64,000 nt of DNA from the human T2T-CHM13v2.0 reference genome, Homo sapiens. A program made the position numbers and the translations under genes. The stretch lies in the NCBI RefSeq assembly GCF_009914755.1, contig NC_060926.1; one strand, written 5' to 3'. Positions 56,561-64,000 of the stretch are shown here, piece after piece. The notes under the pieces are model-generated. The model worked only from the letters and a program-made list of their open reading frames with translations. It searched no databases and had not been told where the DNA came from. Numbering within the stretch: position 1 is the first letter of the stretch; each line of letters opens with the position of its first letter.

Positions 56561-59500
56561 CTGGGAGGGAATGGGGGATGAACCATCGTGGTGCCTTTGG
56601 TGAGATGCTCTGGGAGGGGAGCTTGTGCACTGATCCTCTGCCTATTTCCCAGGTAAGGGGCTGCCTGGTCCACTCCTGATCATGGCCACCCACCTCCCCT
56701 TTGCCTGGATGGAGATTCTAGCACTGTCTGCAGCTCCAGGGGCTCCTACCATCCTCTGTACCTTCCTGCCCTGGTCCCCCAGGCCTGCACAGTCCCATAA
56801 GTGGCAGCACTGACGAGAGGCTGGGAGTGCCTGTGCTGGAGGCACAGGTTGAACCCCACCTTTGCCACGTATTTGGCTGCTTGACCTTGGGCACATTAAT
56901 GAGCTTCATGGGGCTATGTTCCACATAGTGCCCGGCACGTGACCATCCCTTAATGAGTCCTGGATATTATTATGTTGAGTAACTCCTGCTTCCCATTCAG
57001 TTTAACAGCAGTGTGAAGTACTGACTGTGGGCGAGGGACTATGAGAGGCATATGTTTAAAAACCCCATTCCTGCCCTCTAAGAGCTCACAGCCATACCCT
57101 GATGCTGGCAGTGGACATTGGGAGCCACTGTTCTTACTCTGCAAACCCTGATCCAGAATTCCCATTCCCAGAGTTACCCACTCGCCCCCAGATCATTAGG
57201 GAGATCACTGGCTTAACTGAAGGTAACATAGGTAAGGATGAGTCTTACATAACATACCCCAAAAGCTTAAAACCCTCACCCCCTTCTCCAAAGCATCTCT
57301 TCCTGCCACCCCACCTCCACCCCGACCCATGGCATTTCTGTTTCTGGGAGATGGGCAGGGCCAGACCCAAGAGGCCTAATGTTCCCCAGGAGAGAGGGTG
57401 GCCTGATCAGTCACAAAGGAACCTCTCATGCAGGGGCCGGACAGTTAGATTTGTTTTGAGAACTTCAGCTCCCATCCATGGGGTGAAAGGGAAGCGTTCC
57501 ATGGAATCTTGAAATTTAGGCAGGGCAAGCTCACAAAGGATATGGAACTGAGGTCAGATCAGGCAGGAGACCCTGGCATCAAAGCCACCCAGCAGGAGCC
57601 ACACTCACTGCTGCCTCTGTTGCTTGGGCTTCTCGCCAGGGACCTACACGTTCCTGTCCCCGGTGAGCAGGCAGAGGCAGAGCCCTTCACAGGGTAGAAG
57701 GCAGTGGAGGAAGTCCTGGCTGCAGCTTTTGTTCTGGTAATGCAAAATCACACATGATCAGGGCCTGGGTCTATCCTGCTGCTCCCTCCAACTGGGTCTT
57801 CCACACTGGACAAGACCCTTCCCCTCCCTGCCCTTGGCCTTTCATCTGGAAGCTGCAGGGTGGACTGGATCAGTCCTCAACACTCCTTTCTCACTGTTTC
57901 CACCTCTGACATTCTCTCTTCCTGGGGATCACACAGAATTCCAGTAGATTCACTTCAGCAAATGCATATCGTATCAAGCAGTCACTATCAGCAGGACTCT
58001 GCCCCGGGCACGAATGCTTAGAAGGAATGGCTTAGAAAGCCTTTTATTAAAGAAAGCTGAGGATTCCCAGAACGAAGGGGCATCTCTACAGGAGCCCCCA
58101 TGTGACAGATTAATCTTGACTTGTTTTAAAACTGGTTCTAAACCTTATCCTCCTGCTCTCCCTCTCTCTGACCCAGGGTCTAGATTTTTCTCTCTGGAGC
58201 ATTTGCTCAGTTAACTGTAGAGCCTTCTTTGGTGGTGAGCGTGCCCGGTTGGGGCTGAGCTCTGGACTCCCTTGCTGTCCCATGTGGGTTCTGGCTCCTG
58301 TTCCAGTTACCAGGGAGTGGCTGAGGGTGCTGGAAATTCACAAGGACTGGGGTTTGGGAACCCATTCCCCACCAGTGCTACCTCCTGCTCTTTGCAACAG
58401 CCCCTTTCTGGTGATACGCTCAGGGCGCCTTTCCTGGCTTCAAACAGGGCTGTGCTAAAGAACAGCACTCCAGAAAAGCCGCGGTGGGGCCTGGCCCCTC
58501 TGTCACTTCACTGTCTCACTGCCTGTGGGCCCCACCTGACGTCCTGCACCCACAGCATCCGGCAGTCACCTCGGAGTCACCCAAGACAACCAAAGGCACT
58601 CCCTGCCACTCACGGCTAGAGCCCTTTGGTGTCTTCTGAAGTCTTCTCTTACTACGTATCCACAACGCCCATGAAACCTGTCCCAGCAGCAGCTGGGTGT
58701 TTTGACAAGGAGCTATCTTTCTGCTTTCTAAACATGAGCTCACGGATCCTGCTGATGTTCAGGAACATGGCAACTATTCTTAGCCCCCTTTGCTGACAGG
58801 AAGTAGAAAGGAGAGAGAGAGAGAACTGTGTTCACCGCAGCCACCACTATTCCTCGTCACCTGACCCAGGAATTCTGAGACAGCCTTGTCCCCATCCCTC
58901 TGCTTCAGCCTCATTTGGGGAAAATGTCTTTCTGCCCGGCAATCATATGAAAGAGGAAAGAATTCAGATAGAGCCAGAGAAGATGCTGAAATGCTGTAGA
59001 GATCCCATAAAGGATGGGAAGCAGCCTACCAGCTCTCGTCCCTCAATCTCCTCTCTATTTCATGACCTCTGGGGAAAACAAAACCCTAAATATGGTTTTC
59101 ATTTGACTTGACCAATTAATTTCCAGACTCCCCAGCTGCAAGGAGAATAGAAAGTTTAGAGTCCATGTGTTCACTGGGCTGTTGCCTGCACCCTTGGAGG
59201 GAAGAGGTCCCTCTCCATCTGGACAGATGGGCTCTCTACATTTGGGCTGTGGTCCTCATGTGCCAGACGCTGAGCTCCACAAGCAGCAAAAGACAAGTCA
59301 TTTTCCTGTAGGACTGACAGCGTCAGGGATGGTGGGAAGGCATGGGAAATAGCGACTAGGGAAAATCGTGCTCACCCCATCCTCATCTGCATGTGATCTT
59401 GGGCCAGCCATTTCACCTCGCTGAGCCTCAGTTTCCTCATCTTTCAAAGAAGGTGGGGTTTGAGGCTCACAGACGTCCTCTCTGGCTCTGAAACCCCATA

Positions 59501-60419
59501 ATTCTATGTGATTCACCCCTGCATTTCAGAGCTTCCTTTTTTGGATAGTGAGGGGTGGGGGACCTTTTAAACAGCTTTAATAGTTTGAGACATTGTATCC
59601 TCTGCAGATTTCTTTAAGCAGTAGAATGCGGATGCCAGGTCCACGTTCCTATTTCTTTTCAAGCTGAATGATTGCTTGAGGTCATCTGTTAACAAAATGG
59701 GGTCAAAGTCATCATTTCCTTCTGCAAGATTTCTACTTCTCCCAGGGAACCACTGGTCTCCCCGTTTTTACATAAGGATAAAACGAGGCCCTGAAGAGAT
59801 GAGGGCTGAATCCGTATTGAAAAGATAATGGCAGTGTTTTCGTAAGAAGCTTATAAGTGAATTCACCTCCCAAACATGTGGATTGGTTCAACAACCTTGG
59901 CTGTTATCTGGGCTTCATTCTCAAATGCTAATGAGCAGCTGTTTCTGACACTAGAAATGAATAAAAACTTTAGTTTTTCACAAGTTTGCCTCAAAAAGAA
60001 AGAATGCACAAAAAGAGGTCTTGAGGCACCTCACTGTTTGGACTGTGACTTCCAGAAGGACAGGGGTGGACTGTGGTGCTATCACCACCTCTAGGGCCCA
60101 GGACTGCACTCGGCAAGGCTGCAGAATGGACGGGAAAGATAAAGATGTCCCCTGGCCAGGTGAGTAAAGACCTGGCAGGCCCAGCTTAACTACGTGCACC
60201 TGCCATCTCATCACAAATGGAGACTCATCTCTGAAGAAGAGATGATCTTCAGAATTTTCTGGACCTATGATGCTCTCCACTCATTTTCTCCTCAAGGGCA
60301 TGGTCCTCTCTGCTTTTATCTGCTAGCAGTGATCCCCAGCTCTGGCACTTCCCTTGCCCCTTCACGGTGCCTGCCTCACACACAGCCCCTTCTGAGGGCA
60401 AGTGTCCCCTCCCCAGATC

Positions 60420-60870
60420 CTGTCCCTTTGTAGCCACTTGACCCAGGTCATGGCTGATTGGGCCGATGGGGTCCTGACCCAGGCTTGACCAATAAGACTC
60501 CAACTCTCTGGATTGGAATCAGGTACTGGGCAGGGAATCGGGTGGAAAGCAGCAGAAGGTAAAGACAGAGGCACAAGGCCAGTTGGCCTGATGAGGAGTT
60601 CAGAGGAAGTGGGGGTCCTGAGAAATGTGGAGCGAGGAGGCAGCAGAGGAAGATGCATAGCAAAGACAGGTGACTGGGTGGGAGGAGGAGGAGCGGGCCA
60701 GCTACAGAGAGGAGCAGAGCAGAGCAGAAGCCACAGCAGCTGCAGCCAAACCAACGCCAGAGCCTTGCTCCAGCCCCTGGGGACCAGCCCCATGAGAGTC
60801 CCTGCCCCTGGGCCTCTGCATACCTTCCTGTCCTATTTCCAGGTGTGCCGCCTTCCCCCTTCATAATATC
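60420..60870. mobile_element. Ancient LTR (MLT1K/L- or LTR67-like)
   Basis: ggctgattggg...tgacccaggcttgaccaat motif; boundaries uncertain. Confidence 0.4.
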
Positions 60871-60932
60871 GTCACTGCAAGGTCTTGCTCTTTTTTTAAA
60901 TTTGTTTCATTTCATTTCATGAACTTTCTTTT

Positions 60933-60960
60933 TTCCTTCCTTCCTTCCTTCCTTCCTTCC
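60933..60960. repeat. (TTCC)7 microsatellite
   Basis: Perfect tetranucleotide run. Confidence 0.9.
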
Positions 60961-61138
60961 TTTTATCCACATTCTTTTTCTCCTCCACCCCAAGACAAGC
61001 ATTTCAGGATGTGGAATGTGCACCTTTTGTTTGTATGCGTTCTTGTGAAATGAGAATTGCTGGGCACAGAGTTTCCATTTCCATAAATAACTGTGCATGG
61101 GATTGCTCAGTGCCTCTTACCTCATTTGCAAAAGCTAG

Positions 61139-61643
61139 AAAGCTGGAGAATGCCAAGTGTTTGCCAGGATGTGGGGATCCAGGAACCCCCAAATAGCACA
61201 GGAGGGAGTGTGCACACAGGCAGCCTCTGAAGGACAACCTGACAATACTTATCTTGGCTACACGCACGTCTCACACCCACTAAGGACACTTCTAGGGGGC
61301 CTCAAGGACCCTGTCTCTAAGGACTGTCCCAGTCACAGTGCACAGATGGGATCTGTGGCTTCTGACTGCTGCGTGGCTCTCCATGAAGTGTACCCACCCA
61401 TTGTACCCACTGACCTCAGTGATGGACACTCCATACCACCCTTGTGGCAGTCAAGAACATCCTCAGATGTGTCCCCTTAGGGGCCCCCAGGAATGTCCCT
61501 ATTGGGTGTGAGAAGTGTGTGTAGCCAAGCTAAGTATTGTCGGGTTGTCCTTCAGAAGGCTGCCTGGGTGCACACTCCCTCCCGTGCTGTTGGAGGGTCC
61601 TGGATCCCCACATGCTGGCGAGCACTTGGCATTCTCCAGCTTT
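61139..61643. repeat. Inverted repeat, ~160-bp arms (61139-61301 and 61481-61643), made of ancient L1 ORF2-end sequence
   Basis: Manual reverse-complement alignment ~88% identical; both arms resemble L1 ccaagtgttggcgaggatgtgg...gggagtgt. Confidence 0.88.
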
Positions 61644-62566
61644 TGCAGTCTCATAGGAGGAGACGGATGTGTCATTACTCTTCGTGTTTCCATTGTATTG
61701 ATTATGGAAAGTTTGAGTGTATCTTCATCACCTGTGTGGGTGTTTAGGACAGTGCCCTCTTCCTCACACACACACGTGCAACCCCCCATCCACAGTCCTG
61801 CACACAACCACTTGAGTCAGTCTGAGAGCATCTGTCCCAGTGCCAAGCACAGTGCCTGGCATATGGTTAAATGCTCAATAAACATCTGCTGAATAAAAGC
61901 AACCCAAAGAATCTAAGTACGACATGTGAATTGGGATGTTTATAAGTTCTTAAGCTTGTCAGCACCTAAAGGCAGTTCCTAAGTTATGGTATTTTGACCA
62001 TATGAGAATAAGCATGTCCTGCCCCACCCCCACACATAAATGCCACCTCGTAGCAGCCACACCGGGTGCCCAACTGCCTGGACCACCCCTGATGATGTCT
62101 TTATTTTAATCACTCCCATTTTTGGAGATGCCTCCTCCCACCTATCCCCTCTCCCCTTGCTGAAATCCTGCCCATCCTTTGAGGCCTCACTCAAATGCCA
62201 CCACCTCCGCACAGCCTCAGCCTGACTTTCTGTGAGTCAGAGTCAGAATTGTTCACTCCTCCGCACTCTCATCGGACTTTGACCGTGATATTATTAAATA
62301 TATTTCTTTGGGCCCTGATACCAGCCTTGCAATAATATCATTGTCAGTGCATATCTCTGTCCAGCCCCTACCCTGCCCACTCTTCACTATGTGCCTGTGG
62401 GACTCTCCTGATGGCCCCAACATGGACCTTTGCACGTGGTGATTGTTTATGGAGATGCCCAGCCAGGTGGCAAAGGCTGCAATGCTCCAACAGGGACTGT
62501 TTGCATTCCGGGTAGGCAGGACCAGCACTGAAACTCTGGGCTGATGGGTGGCGGGGTTGTACTTAC

Positions 62567-62703
62567 TTGGCATAGGCCTTCTCCAGCAGGCAGGGCCAGA
62601 ACTCTTGGTTTTGGTGGCGAGGACGCACAAAGAGGCATTTATCTCCCTGGACAGGTAGGCGGTCATCAATCACCACTTCCACCCACTGGCCACATTGCCA
62701 GAA
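62567..62703 (-). CDS. CAPN13: CAPN13 coding exon (~exon 5): [17 protein letters not shown]...LLEKAYAK
   Basis: 137 nt; acceptor ttccag, donor AA|gtaagt; calpain [11 protein letters not shown] and LLEKAYAK motifs. Confidence 0.96.
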
Positions 62704-64000
62704 CTGGAAGAGAGCCAAGCATATGCTTTGACAGAGTTGAGGCAGAAGGGAGCTCCTGGGTCCCCCAACCTAAGCCAAAAGTTGCAACATGACCTCTACA
62801 ATGCAATAATGAACTCTATTCCGAACAAAATCCCAGCCCAGGTTGCCAGGCAGGAGACAGGCATGTCATCTCAACCGGCAGATGGAGAAAATGAGTCACA
62901 GACCAACTTAGTCCAGGAAGATATAGTCAGGGAAGAAGCAGACTTGGGTTCTAGCTTCACTTTGCTCCTCAGCGTTGCCTCTCTTTGGCAAGTCCTTTGT
63001 GAGCTTCAGTGACACAAGTGAAACTCTCCAGGTACTTCTTGTGCACAAAATGGCAATAGGGAAGCAATGCTACCAACAGAGGAGAGTGGTGGGGGCAGGG
63101 CTAGCATGAGAGAGGCAGAGCCTGCAGGAGCTGAGGGCTTGAAGGAAGAGGCAGGATTTAAGCACGTGGCAGGGAGACAGGGAAGGTATCCCAGACAGGA
63201 GGCACACTGTGGGCAAAGGCCTGGAGACAGATGACATGGATGGCTCAGGAGGACCGAGCAGTGACAGCCTCCCTCTGGCCCCCCTCTTCTTCCATCAAGC
63301 TGGCCCTGCCATTATAGCAGCAGAAAGGATACTGGCTGGCATCGCTACTGCTAAGAGCGCAGATGAACCGGATGTTCCTCTCCAAAACAGACTGTTTGAA
63401 TCTTTAGCATTCAACTCTATATAGTTCACCGGGGACATGGCCAAATGAGGAAAATTCATAACAAATCCAGCTTTTTGGATTCTCTTTGCTGGCCTCCCCT
63501 GTGTACGAGAAGCAGCAGGGCTTCCAGCTTCAGCCCTGAGCTTTGGCAAAGGCAAATTTCCACTGGGTGGACTCCATGGAAAGCTGGGTGGATGGGATCG
63601 CTTATCCACGTGGCCTTTTCCACATCTGGATGTCCCAGATGTCAGGCTGTTGCATCCAGCCGAGGATGCAATTTCAGAGCAGAGATGGAGATTGAGACAG
63701 ATATGTCAGTGGAGACAAAGCAAAGATGTTTTAATAGCTGCTAATGAGCCAGTGCACTGTGGCGGGTTCTGCACAGCTGTGGACTTGTGTTCCTATTGCA
63801 GTGAGCAGCAAGATGTGTCGGCAGTGAGGTTGAGAGGCAACAGGGATGGTTTTAGGAGGGTGATTACAAAATGCATCCGAAGCACCGAGGGAAGCTAATC
63901 CCAGTCCCCAGAAGGGAGTACCAAAAGGACAACCTGGATTTTGTGCTTAATTGGGTGGCAGCATATAGTAGACAGCAGTCAGCTGGTGGAACTGTAGTTG

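Noticed and set aside
60933-60960. (GGAA)7 as an ETS-fusion response element
   Set aside because: Short, common microsatellite with no supporting context.

Overview
Primate, almost certainly human, genomic DNA holding the 3' part of the calpain-13 gene (CAPN13, chr2p23) on the minus strand. I reconstructed 18 coding exons by hand, from 62703 down to the stop at 23032. They total 1623 nt (540 aa plus stop, F130-N669 by the recalled 669-aa numbering), all with GT-AG boundaries and consistent phases. A probable non-coding last exon lies at about 15038-15503. The 5' exons, including the catalytic Cys, are beyond the right edge. Positions 1-15000 are downstream intergenic DNA. Repeats include Alu, L1PA/L1MB/L1ME, L2, L3, MIR, LTR41/MLT1, MER5A, Tigger4a and a MADE1 remnant. 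The less obvious observations are: (1) a sense-oriented RPL15 processed pseudogene with two poly(A) signals about 100 nt upstream of a 12-nt microexon; (2) a U12-type intron containing (UG)22; (3) a consensus cryptic donor that would delete the catalytic His in frame; (4) a gapless 257-bp inverted repeat plus a two-donor mosaic copy in the 3' flank; (5) an intronic hairpin of two unusually similar ancient L1 fragments. I found no convincing wholly new system; these are testable local oddities. Exon numbers, residue numbers and repeat subfamilies come from recall, not from searches.
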